Source: Octopus vulgaris
Taxonomy: Eukaryota
Reading direction: 5' to 3'
DNA: 64,000 nucleotides
Assembly (NCBI GenBank): GCA_951406725.2
Contig: OX597814.1
Span: 178,746,001 to 178,810,000 of the forward strand
This document shows positions 41,325 to 53,350 of this stretch, one piece after another. The notes below the pieces were generated by a model that saw nothing but the letters and a program-made list of their open reading frames with translations, was not told where the DNA came from and did no database searches. The translations under genes and the position numbers were made by a program. The first letter of the stretch is position 1, and every line of letters starts with the position of its first letter.

Positions 41325-41990
41325 GAGAGGTATTAAAAAGGGCATATTCGTAGGCCCTCAGATTCAACTAAAAGATGTTGAGTATTCAAGGCGTCAATGG
41401 ATGAAACTGCGTTAGTGGCCTGGCATGCATTCAAAGATGTATGCAAAGGACTTCTGGGAAAGCACCAAGTGGCCTAGTGAGTGAGTATACTGGAGAGCTT
41501 ACCAAGGTCTCGGATGCAATATGTCACTGAAGATACATTTTCTTCATTCTCATGTTTTTCTTCCCAGAGAATATAGGAGGTGTGAGTGATGTGCATGGAG
41601 AGAGAAGTTCCGTCAAGATATAGCGTCATTGGAAAACAGGTATAAGGGAAAATCTAGCCCAGCTCTGTTGGGTGACTCCAGCTGGAAACTGAATCGTGAT
41701 ACACCTGAGATGTCTTATAAACTAAGTAAATACTAAAATATAGTTAAGAATATTATATAATGCTAACAAACATACCGATCCATTATATATTTAGGAATTA
41801 ATTACAATGGACATATCTAATCTGACTTTGAGGGCAAAATAAATTGATCGTGAAAGTTGGTTTAAGCTGGAAGTATTGTTAACATACCGGGCAAAATGCT
41901 TAGCGGTAATTTACAAGAAAATGTAACATGATGGGAAATTTTTCTTATAGAATTCGAAATTAGCACAATGAACGTCATAATAAAATGTAC
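41325..41990 (+). mobile_element. Chapaev3-like (CMC superfamily) transposase C-terminal fragment and 3' flank
   Basis: KGIFVGPQI..AWHAFKDVCKGLLGKH..YQGLGCNMSLKIHFLHSH..PENIGGVSDVHGER..QDIASLENRYKGK..LGDSSWKLNRD, matching the recalled SLKIHFLHSH..SDExGERFHQDI signature; frameshifted; coding part ends ~41730. Confidence 0.78.
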
Positions 41991-44900
41991 ATAAAAGCTA
42001 TGTTTTTTTCTTGAACCTGAAATCTGCCATCTAGAACTATCAGCTTAATCTCCTTCCAGTCTCATTTACATCAGTATTCTGTTTGCAAAGTAAATACTCT
42101 ACGTTTAATAATGTAATGATGTGGTAGTTACCGGCATATTTTTTCTGGCAACATCGATTTAGTGGAAGAATTATACACTAGGCAGAGTATATGAATTAAT
42201 TAGGCGCCACAATTATTCTTAAATTAGAAACATAAGATCTAAATATTTTCACGGATTCTCATATTCTATAGGAACTTTAGAATGCATTACTATTTCACCA
42301 GAGTTCAAACGTTAACTGTTCGTATGCTTAAGTCACGTTGAAAATGGAAAACATACGGCACACTGGTTTAACTTACGAGGTTGAAAAATCGTTTTCAATA
42401 AATTTAAATGTCAAGATAGCTCCCTTATGAAATAAAAATATAAAGTTAGTTAATATTTTCATGACTTACCCAAATAGTTATTCATAACAGTCCATTTTTC
42501 ATCAGATAGGAATTTCCAGATAAGTTTAGCCTTCGTTAACTCATAGTATTTGGGACAGTTTGCTTGCTAGAATATTTCTTGAAACATGTTAGACAAAGAT
42601 GTAATGTTATCTTTATTTCAGAGTTGCCAAAATATTGGCTCATTTTAGTAATGGAGCTGCCGTATTTAGAATGATGGATTATAAAGTATGCAATGCATAA
42701 TCAGTTAGTTGATCCTTTAAAGGAATATAAATCAATACTGAATATACACATGCATAGATATTAAGTAATAAATCTGCAAGATGATAATGTACAAAATATA
42801 TTTCATAAATATGTATACCAAAGTAATTGAAATTGAAAAAACAATTACAACATTATTTAATATTATCTTCATCCGGCTAAAGTTCTGCCATGCAAACGTT
42901 GTCTAGCGAAATACGTAATGCTTAATATTAGGCTCAAAAAGCAAATAAATTTCAACATGAAAATGCTAGGTAATAAAGATGAAATTTATGACACCGTGTT
43001 TTTACGTATATATTTTTTTATTTATGACTTTGTTTGTTGTATTAGTTGGAATATGAACGATAGGACTAATTAGATTCCATTAAAGAATTATCGTTTAGTG
43101 ATGATTGATAAAGGCCGCTATTGTCATGCAAGGCGTTGCAATACCGCATTGCAGAGAAATAGGAAGGATATTGAATTAATACTTTTCAGTATTTATTTCA
43201 ACGCCATGTGTTTCTGTTTTCAAATTAATCATTCTACCTTAGGTGCGTAAATTAAGATTTATATATGGAAAAACAAGTTGTATCAAAATGTGATCATATG
43301 TTAAGCAGCATTCAATTTTACAGGCAAGTAATATGTCGCATGTTAAGCCCCAACATCTATTAGATTTTCCAAGCGACTTTATACAATTAAAGTGAATTCT
43401 TAAAATAAATAAATTCGTTTCAAAGAATATTCTATCAGATTACGGCCAGGAAAATTTATATTAACATTTGCGGCCAATATTAAGAATGAATACTTGGTTG
43501 TTAACAGAAGAAATGTCAACTAAAAATATTAAACTCAGTATTAGAGAGAAACCGTTTAAGATCAACATTCCCATTGTTCTTTAACTAGGCACAATCACAT
43601 TCGTTTCAAACGAATGAAACGCAGCCATGATGTTCGATCATTTCCCACATGCAGTGAATTATTGAAACTGAAATTATAAGCCATGATAAACATTTAATTT
43701 CTTGGAAATTAATTTACCTTCCATCAAACATGTCACATAAGATTATATTGAAATGGGATGTCTGAAGCTGCCATTATATTAGTTTTTCGGTTATGTATTT
43801 CGTAAGCCGGAGAGAATAACAGTATATTATTTCTTTAATGGTTAAAGAATAAATACAATAACTATTGTTCCTTAGTTTTTCGATAATATTGCAGATTTAG
43901 CTATGTGATTTTAAAGTGGCGGTTTCAGTGATAAAATTACTATGCTATTTATAATTATATAGCTTCGATATTTCGGGATAAATTTCACCATATCATAACC
44001 CAAACAAAACATATTTTCACATACAACCAGTTAGTTTTATTCACTTGGTACAAGGCCAAAGATTAGAGCAGAAAATATAGACATTGGTAATTATAGTGTT
44101 AGAAGTATGAAATACAGCAATCCTGATTTAAATTTTAGTCCCATACACGAGGGAAAAAGGATATGTTAGAAACACTATGAGGAGTGAAAAATGGCGAATT
44201 TCTACTGAAAAGCTGAATCTCTTCTGACATTAAATATTGATGTTCTAGCACGGTTCAGTATTCGTCCCAAGAGAAAAAAATCGCAGATATAACCATGGCG
44301 TTTTGTATCATTTCGATTTAAGAATTTATTTTTGTGGAAGTCACAATGGACTCTTCAGTGCTGTAATTCAAAATACGTATTATGATTTATCGATTCGTTT
44401 ATGTTTCCTAAAGTCGTAACAGATCTTCATATCGTACACAGGTCGGACAGGGAGTCGCTGGAAATATCTAAATTGCATGTCTATTTAGTTGTTAGCTTTT
44501 TATCCATTTGATACTTGACATCAGTAACAATGTTTCCTGATTAGATTAACATTGCTCTGTTTCAACGTTTACAGTAGACTAGTTTTTCTTCTCCCACCTT
44601 GCAAAAACAACGCTTATTTCGATGTGTTTTAGTTCATGACTAGCACTTAAAACAATGTGTAAATTGATGTAGGAATTTAGTTACTGTATGGAACATAGAC
44701 ATCCGGTCAGGTGGTGATAGGCCACAACAAACATATAATACTAAAATGACATGAAAATTGAAAATATGGCATTCAATCCTTCAAAGCAATTGAACAGGGC
44801 TGTGAAAAATGACAACACATATACAGCTAATAAAATGTAAGAAGTAGTGGAGGGATGGAAATTTTAGTTTTATATTCATTAATTTGTAAACTAGTTACCA

Positions 44901-47189
44901 TTTCAAATATGCCAGGGACATATTCAAACCCGTAAAATGCACTAATTTTGTCAGGGAGAAAAATTCTCGCTGTACACAAAATGGTATATAAACACCAAGT
45001 GAGTCAGGAGCTCCTCCTAACCATATCGCTGGATAAATGCATTTCGCAATAGTTATCTCCTCCTCACCATCGAACACTGAAGACAGAGGCGCTGAGAACT
45101 GACATGAGAGAGTAGGTGTTTCCTATATTCCAGTCGAAATACTTTGACTGCTTGCGCTAATCGAAGATCTTGGTGTAGTAAAATACTAATTAGACGCTCT
45201 TAGAAGTAATGTGCACAAATATATACTTCTTATTAATTCATATATGGCAGAGACATATCGACCCCTTATGAAAACTGTTCATTGCATTTTGTCACGGAGC
45301 AGAATTCTCACTAATCACATAAAGTTATAGAGTTAATCCAGATCGATGGTTGCATGCATTTCGGAGTAGGTTCTTCAGCATCTAACTCTGGAAAACTGAC
45401 TTATATTTTTGTCGTTCTAAGAGTTAAGTAATTTTTAGTCTGAAGTATCACTTAGTAGCTATAGAAATTTGATCGAAATAAATTTAGCATCAAGATGTCT
45501 GAACTAGGAAGTAATATTGAAAATCGCATGACGGAAATTTTTTTAGTATTTGTAGATGACATAAATAAATAGTTAAGAGTATGAAATTCACTCGCATTCC
45601 TCGAAGGAACTATCGTTGATTTTCAATAATACATCCGATATGACAGTAATCCAAAACCTTATATCGTATAATTTTTGGAGTGGGTGGGGAGAACTCACTC
45701 GTGAAGATCATATTTCATGGAAGATAAATATTGTGCATAAGAATGGCAGAGTAGATAAAACACTGCACGGATAGATATACAAATTATTTGATGTACTTTT
45801 CAATTGCACTTTTACAGAAACTAGTAACTGCAGTAAGAGTTTAGCGATGCCTCTATCACTGCAATTAAATCAACAGTAGTGACTAGTATAGTAAAGCCTG
45901 TACTACATATAGTGGTCGACAAGTAGTAAACAGGCGTAAATCACACTTGTAAATGAACGAAGCACTGCAAATTACTGTCAAGACTGTAAATATTAACAGA
46001 ACTTGAAAGCAGATGGACAATGAGAACAAATATATGGAAGGAAGCATTAAACACATCTCTTCGATATCTCGAGAGGAAAAGGAAAAAAAACACATGCAGT
46101 TTTGGAGCCTATTATGCTGAACACAATATATTTTTTCCTCAAAGCATGAATATTAAAAGCAGCAATGACTAACAGATGGCAGTAATATTAAACATTATTC
46201 AGGTTGGATCCCACTGTTACCAAGACGGCTTCGATAAAACAGGAAAAATGCGGCAGATGGAGTTCGCAGTTTTGCAAGTGAAATTTGAAGATATAATTGA
46301 ATATCACTTCGTTTTTCTCATAAGAAATGCGAGGCGGAGACCTCGGGTTTCCTTGCCTATTATGAACACCATAATGTGTTGTGCTACTCGAATATTAGAA
46401 TAGAATACGTAGGACTTGGTAAGAATATATCCATAGCGTGTAAAGAATTGCATAGGAGTCAATAAATAGAAAAGATTTCAGAGCAAATATGCGAATATCG
46501 TAGAAGCTAGCAACTATTTCTTCGACTCTAAAAGTAACGATGTACTCTGTTTCAACTATTAATACTGTACCGTGAAGAATTGTATAGTTTTAGACGGTAA
46601 ATTGCTGAACGGCTTAAGTTGATAATAACATAGTTAATTTAGAAAATCAAAGCAATTAAAAAAGAAATGAAGAGAAATATTACCATTAGATTAATCAATA
46701 TTCGTGGACAAGAAAAGCAGGAACACAACAGTAACGTTTTAACTAAAATTGTTTGAAAATGGAATGCGCCGGATGTACAGAGCTATGAATCTAAACGTAC
46801 AGTTCTTGGGGGCAAAATTGAATGTTGCTAGGAATTTATTGATGGATGCATATCACAGATATACACTTCCAGATTGATATAATTTGGTGAAGAGCGGCAA
46901 AGTCAATTCTCTACCAATGCGGGTAGTGTTATCTCTAAATATGTTTAGTGATTATCTTTCCTAGAAAGTTTTAACTGGCAATTGTCTCTCACCTGAATCG
47001 TTTTCTATTACTACCTGGCTATTGCGAGATTGTTATACATAAATGAAATAAATTCCAGTCACATACCAGTTTCAATTATATGACGTTATTGTTCACTAAA
47101 AATGGGTGAATGCGACTATCCCTGATAATAATAACTTTGGTGGTGGTGGTGGTGGCTGTGGTGGTGGTGGTGATGATGATGATGATGAT

Positions 47190-47598
47190 GATGATGAAAA
47201 TATATCTGTCAAGGAATTTGACAAACTAAGTAAACAGAAGGTCCTAGAAATTGAAATACAAAAGATGTGGCATCTTGAAACGAGAACTGTTCCTGTTATT
47301 GCAGGTACCATATGTATGGTTAAAAAAAGGATGTCAGAAAGATCTAGATAAGATCCCGAGAGAACCATGTCGCAGAGAAATCCAAAGATTTTACGGAAAA
47401 GTACTGCCCACATCCTTAGAAAAAAACATACCCATTTAAATGCTTGTGTTGTATGACACGAAGATATTTCACTATTTCCCTTTTCCGAAGTTTCAGTCAT
47501 ACTGTAATATCTCTTATCATTCTCTCACCCCAGGACGCTAGGCGTGACTCAGCAAGTGACAGCAACAAACATGCAGATTAAAAGTAAAAATACTAATA
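47190..47598 (+). mobile_element. R4/Dong-type retrotransposon 3' fragment (family 3, decayed)
   Basis: DENISVKEFDKLSKQKVLEIEIQKMWHLETRTVPVIAGT..TAHILRK; 3' UTR CCCCAGG..CTCAGCAAG; followed by (TAA)n. Confidence 0.82.
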
Positions 47599-47703
47599 AT
47601 GAAAATAATAATAGTAATAATAATAATAGTAATAATAATAATAATAATAATAGTAGTAGTAGTAATAATAATAATATTAATAATAATAATGATAGTAGTC
47701 GTA

Positions 47704-47789
<86 letters not shown>

Positions 47790-48341
47790 TCTGCCCTGAT
47801 GCAGTACCAGGCAGTGGCTCTCATGGCTTCTGATCTTAACTGATTGGAAGTGTTATCATGTACATTGTTTTGTCTTGGTATAAAAGATGGGCTACAGCAA
47901 ATATTCTGCTCAATACCACAGATTTGCTTGTCAGTTGTTTGACCTTAACCAGTTGAGCATGTCCCTTCGTGACGATATGTGCATCTCTGATCACGAGCAG
48001 AAGTAGTGGGGAGCATCATAGCCATGTGTTGAGAGGGATTCTTTGGGGTTTGAATAATTCACCTCTGGAGACATGGGTGGGTTTTTCAACATCCTTAAAC
48101 AACCCTTATTCAGGGACCGTTTGAGCGGGATGGGCTACTCAACCTGAAGAAAATTCTAACTGGGCCCCACCTGCAAGGTCATGTGCAGTTTATCTTGATA
48201 TGAGATCACCATGCCGCGCACATATGGTTGTGATGCATGTGCCTGGTGTGCCCTTATCAGACGGGTAGTCATGATGGGTATATTGGGCTTCGTATATTTT
48301 ACCCCAGTGTCACTTTGATGGCATGAACTGCTCTCTCACTC
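47790..48341 (+). mobile_element. Unclassified ~550-bp non-coding retroelement segment embedded in (TAA)n
   Basis: GC-richer non-repetitive segment bounded on both sides by clean (AAT)n; no ORF; lies between two Dong/R4 copies. Orientation inferred from the tract. Confidence 0.55.
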
Positions 48342-48360
48342 AATAATAATAATAATAATA

Positions 48361-48975
48361 ACCCGGAACTACCAGGCCAATGTGATGAAAAATGGAGCAG
48401 ACCCAAAATGCCGATCCTGCAACGACATGATTGAAACAGTGGACCACCTAATCTCTGGTTGTAAAGTCTTAGCTCCAGTAGAGTATAAATTAAGACATGA
48501 CAGAGTTGGCCAATATCTACACTGGCTAATAAGTCGGCATTACAATATCAAAACTGCCGACAAGTGGTATAATCACCACCCTGAGGCTGTAACTGAAGGA
48601 GAAAATGTAACCATTCTGTGGGACTTTCCAATACATACAGACCGAACCATCAAGGCCAATAAACCAGATATTGTTGTGAAAGACCAAAACAATAAAGTTT
48701 GCTTATTGATCGACATGAGCATCCACTGTGATCATAATATCTCAGCGAAAGAGTTTGACAAGCTCAGAAAATATAAAGACCTACTCATTGAAATTGAGAA
48801 AATGTGGCATCTCAAGGCGGTTACAATACCAGTGATCGTAGGAGCACTAGGAATGATCAAGAAGGGAACCGAAAATTATATGAGAATGATCCCTGGCTTA
48901 CCATCCCTGCAAGAAGTGCAAAAGATTGTCTTAACTGGTACATCACACGTATTGAGAAGAGCATTGTCGATGTGA
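48361..48975 (+). CDS. C-terminal part of a retrotransposon polyprotein: CCHC zinc knuckle plus restriction-like endonuclease (5'-truncated, no RT domain)
   Basis: TRNYQ..CRSCNDMIETVDHLISGC (CxxC..ETxxH..C), RHD motif, ILWDFPIHTDRTIKANKPDIVV..LLID (PD..D), KLRKY, PVIVGALG. Confidence 0.85.
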   Translation, partial: TRNYQANVMKNGADPKCRSCNDMIETVDHLISGCKVLAPVEYKLRHDRVGQYLHWLISRHYNIKTADKWYNHHPEAVTEGENVTILWDFPIHTDRTIKANKPDIVVKDQNNKVCLLIDMSIHCDHNISAKEFDKLRKYKDLLIEIEKMWHLKAVTIPVIVGALGMIKKGTENYMRMIPGLPSLQEVQKIVLTGTSHVLRRALSM

Positions 48976-49140
48976 GAACTGTTGCTGCTCATGTATTATA
49001 ATTTTAAAAAAAAAAAAAAAAATGAACGAACTATTGAGTTTGGTTTAATGGCCTACCAATGTATACAATGAGTTTCTTTGCCCTAGGAGTCGGGAAGACA
49101 CTCGGCAAGAAATTGAAGCAAATTTGAAAGAAGAAAAAAA
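48361..49140 (+). mobile_element. R4/Dong-type RLE non-LTR retrotransposon, 5'-truncated young copy (family 1)
   Basis: Uninterrupted frame from the truncation point to stop 48975, then ~165-nt 3' UTR; (TAA)n on both sides. Confidence 0.92.
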
Positions 49141-49181
<41 letters not shown>

Positions 49182-49235
49182 TATAATAATACCAGCAACA
49201 ATAACAACAGATTCAACAACAACAATAATAAAGTT

Positions 49236-49446
49236 TTCTACTAAAGGCAAAAAGCCTGGAATTTGTTGGGAGGAGACCAGTCGATTACCTCGACCCCATT
49301 GTTTCGCTGGTACTTAATTTACCGACCCCGAAAGGATCAGCGACAAAGTGGATCTCGGCGGAATCTGAACTTAGAATGTAAATACCGACGACATGCCACT
49401 CAGTATTTTTTCCGGCGTGCTAACGATACTGCCAGGTCGCCGCCTT
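49236..49446 (-). mobile_element. SINE family A2 copy
   Basis: Reverse complement of family-A head and central domain with A2-type 3' end. Confidence 0.75.
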
Positions 49447-49456
49447 GATGATGATG

Positions 49457-49547
<91 letters not shown>

Positions 49548-49564
49548 TGATGATGATGATGATG

Positions 49565-49625
<61 letters not shown>

Positions 49626-49646
49626 TGATGATGATGATGATGATAA
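49446..49646 (+). repeat. (GAT)n/(TAA)n compound microsatellite
   Basis: Direct reading. Confidence 0.95.
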
Positions 49647-49652
49647 CAATCT

Positions 49653-49860
49653 GTTCTATTATAGGTACTAGGCTTGAAATTCTTGGGGAGAGAGCTAGTC
49701 GATTACATCGACCCCAGAATTCCAGTGGTACTTAATTTATCAACCCCGGAAACACGAAAGGCAAAGTCGGCCTCGGTGGAGTTTGAACTCAGAACGTAGG
49801 GACGGGCGAAATACCGTTAAGCATTTCGTCCAGTGTGCCAATGATTCTGCCAGCTCGCTT
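49653..49860 (-). mobile_element. SINE family A2 copy
   Basis: Ends gattctgccagctcgc; central domain tggtacttaatttatcaacccc..aaggcaaagtcgg. Confidence 0.8.
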
Positions 49861-51704
49861 ACTATAGGAAAACACATTTGAAAGCAACACTACCACTTCC
49901 ACTACTCCAGTCACCATTGATGACCGAAATAAGAACAACAGCAGCAATACCTAGCATTTACAACAAAAAGGATAAACAAAAAATTTATACAACTCACTTC
50001 AAAATTCCAAATCTCCTACCACCAGCACTATAAATAGTTACAGAACTATAAATCCAGAAACCATAATTAAAAATTGAAAGTTACCGATTTCACAAATATT
50101 GTGTGACAGGAGGAGGTAATTAAATTAACGGTTCAATAATTAAAAAATTCTTGACACCATCTTATGAGATCTAGCAGAAATGTAGAATTAAACATTCCAG
50201 ATTCCATCACAAAAGAAACCAATCTAATATTCGAAAAGGTTAGCAATAAAATACTAGATATAGAACAACTGGCACTCCGGAAAATGAAAGGGTTACTTAG
50301 AGCAATCTAGGGCACAAAAACGTCTTCATCTGGGTGTGGAGGACGACATGATAGAGTATAATTCCTTACAGAATATGAGGTCATGAAGCATTTCACGATA
50401 ACATTAAGAAGTCATGAACTGTTCCTCATTTTAATCTAACTTGAACATGGTGCAGTAAAGAAAATGATTATCGGCGACACCATCTGTTGACACCATCACA
50501 GCAGCAGCAAGAACACGAATATAACAATACAGCAGCAGTACCAATAGCAGAATGCAACGGCAAGAATGATGGCAACTGCGACACTAGCACCAAGAGGAAT
50601 GAAGAAACAGTAGCAACAGCAGTAAAAGCAGCAGCTACAGCGGTTGAAGAGAGAAAAAAAACGGAAAAGGCACCAAAAGCGAAAGCAACAACAACGAAAA
50701 TAAAAACAAAATGAATGCCGCCCACAAAGGCAGCGCATGACCATCTACAACAGCAATTGAAGGCCTCGAAACAACAACAAAGACCTCCTATGATCGACAT
50801 ACTATCTCCAAACCAACAACAACAAACCAAGAATATTCCCAACACCATCACAGCCATACCACCAACACCAAAATTGCAGAGATAACCCTCATCCCAAATT
50901 CTAGAGAAAATATTTACAGATGAACCAAGGATAAATTCATGACATACACTGCATTGTTATAAATAATAGAAAAGCTTCATGAAATAAATACATTAATACT
51001 CAGACAATCTAAATATCACTACACAAACAAATTTCACACCAACACTTAAAATTTATTCAATCATGCAAAATATGTAGAACGCTTTAAATAAACAAATACG
51101 CCGGTGGTGTAGGAGATTTGAGAGGAAATATCAATAGAATAAATGATAATGAACTGCTTATGGAATCCTCCGCAGATATCTAGAGTGAGCAAATGCTGTA
51201 TAAGAATAAGGTAAGTAGTCCTGACTAACCCCCGCTTTCTATCGAACATAACCTTTAATAAAAATATGTATGTACACGCTCGTAATCTGTTAGCTTGGTC
51301 CCCTTCTAAACGACCTCAGGTTACTAGAGATAGACATAGTGGCCATTACTGAGACAAGAGTTTCTGATCCACTGCCAGCCCCCCTATTTTCGATGGATAC
51401 GAGATCTTCATATTTTGAAGCAGAGCAGATTTCGAAGGCAGAACCTCTGTCTTCTTTTGGAAGGGTCTAGGACTCATCTCCTTGTACCCAGAAAATATAC
51501 TGACAGTTCTTGTTGTGAAGAGTCGTGCAGGATGGAGGTTTAAATGTAGTAGGTGTTCAAGCTCCGACAGTCGCTGGACAAACATATTTAGTCACGGGCG
51601 CGAAATTCTCCTCAAACTTATAGAGTTGGTGAGTGAATGGAAAAAGCGTCTTCCATGCACGTTTGGATAAATTTGTGGGCGTGACTGATAGAGGAGAGCA
51701 GCAG

Positions 51705-52343
51705 AGTTCGCTTTTTTAAACTCATAAAGCTTTATATGCCTTAAATGCTCCTTAGACACTTCCATGTTTAAAGAGCTACAGTTAGTGAAATTGCAATTAG
51801 ACTATCCTTCAAAATTAAATTTAAATATTAGTTTAAATATTTCCAAATACCATTGATACCATTCGACATTCTAAAATACAGTTAACGCGTTTACAAATTG
51901 AAAATATAGAAATCCAGACATTACTATTGGGAGTGGAGGCGCAATGGCCCAGTGGTTAAGGCAGCGGACTCGCGGTCATAGGATCGCGGTTTCGATTCCC
52001 AGACCGGGCGTTGTGAGTGTTTATTGAGCGAAAACACCTAAAAAGCTCCACGAGGCTCCGGCAGGGGATGGTGGTGATCCCTGCTGTACTCTTTCACCAC
52101 AACTTTCTCTCACTCTTACTTCCTGTTTCTGTTGTACCTGTATTTCAAGGGGCCGGCCTTGTCACTCTCTGTGTCACGCTGAATATCCCCGAGAACTACG
52201 TTAAGGGTGCACGTGTCTGTGGAGTGCTCAGCCACTTACACGTTAATTTCACGAGCAGGCTGTTCCGTTGATTCGGATCAACCGGAACCCTCATCGTCGT
52301 AACCGACGGAGTGCTAAGAGAGATACTATTGAGATGGCCTGAT
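51705..52343 (-). mobile_element. Mariner 5' fragment (TIR plus start of transposase), interrupted by a SINE
   Basis: Minus strand MEVSKEHLRHIKLYEFKKAN resembles mariner/Mos1-type N-termini; removing the SINE and one TSD rebuilds TA-tcaggccatctcaatagtaatgtctggattt, a mariner-like TIR. Confidence 0.65.
51933..52323 (+). mobile_element. tRNA-derived SINE family C, full length
   Basis: GGCGCAATGGCCCAGTGGTTAAGGCAGCGGACTCGCGGTC..GGTTTCGATTCCC (A and B boxes, tRNA-Arg-like) then ~300 nt of non-tRNA body; TSD tactattggga (51922-51932) / tactattgaga (52324-52334). Confidence 0.85.
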
Positions 52344-53318
52344 ACAATAATGAAAGAATAATGTGGAAAAAAATCCCATGATCAAAATCTAACATGATAA
52401 AAACTTATTTGTAGCTCAAACATTACTGCTAATAGTTTTACACAGAGATGAATCAGTCATTCATGGAGAATTCCAGATCTCCTCAGTCAATGAAATCAGT
52501 GTTATTACTAGTTACTAGAATCATCCACGACATTTCTTGCAGACCCACACCTGATTTCTTCAGATTTACCTTTACCTTTAAATAGAGATTTGTAAAGATT
52601 TACCTTTAAATAGAGATTTGTTCAATCAAAGTTCTTCTGGATTTAAACAACATATCAGTGATGAACAACAATAAGAGCGAAGGAGCAAAGAGAAACAAAA
52701 TACTCAAAAGATTAGTCTTTTACTTTGTAAGCAAATAATAGACGTTTCCCTGCAGATTTATAGTAAATAAAATGCAATTAGAAAATGCATAAAAACATAA
52801 TTAAAAGTGTATGTAAAATGGTATCAACTTTCTTTCAAAAACTACTGCCATGACTGATATAATTAATTAAAGCTGACTGACCAAAATTAGCCAAATTATA
52901 GTTATTTTTCTCCTCACAAATATTAAATATTAACGGAAAACTAATAAAAATATTTACGCTATACCGTCACAAGTTTTATATTTATCTTGTTTTTTTTTTT
53001 TTGCTTTTATTCATGATGTTGGTAAAAAAAAAAAATTAACTGAAGAAAGTTTCATTTGAATAAATTTAATTATATGTTTCAAATATAATAACATACAATG
53101 AATATGTAATGAAAATATCAGAAGCGAAGTCCCAAGGGCTACTAAAAAGTATCACAGATTAATATATACGCCTATATAAGAGTGTGTGTACGCGTACGTC
53201 TATGTGAAGTGAATGTATACGCGTGTAAGTACATATAAATATGTATGCATATACATATATACATACGTATACATAGACACATACATACATACGTATACAT
53301 ACGTATAAATATACATAC

Positions 53319-53350
<32 letters not shown>

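Noticed and set aside
49900-51050. A/C-rich region with short ORFs, possibly a LINE ORF1 remnant
   Set aside because: No motif I could name with confidence; many stops and low complexity.
51260-51700. GC-richer segment with a 79-aa minus-strand ORF next to the mariner fragment
   Set aside because: No recognisable protein or element motif; probably another repeat fragment but not supportable from sequence alone.
51938-52010. tRNA-Arg-like gene
   Set aside because: Acceptor and anticodon arms are imperfect, and it continues into a ~300-nt body bounded by a TSD; it is a SINE head.
52562-52622. Short local duplication agatttacctttaaatagagatttgt
   Set aside because: Ordinary ~30-bp slippage duplication with no further structure.
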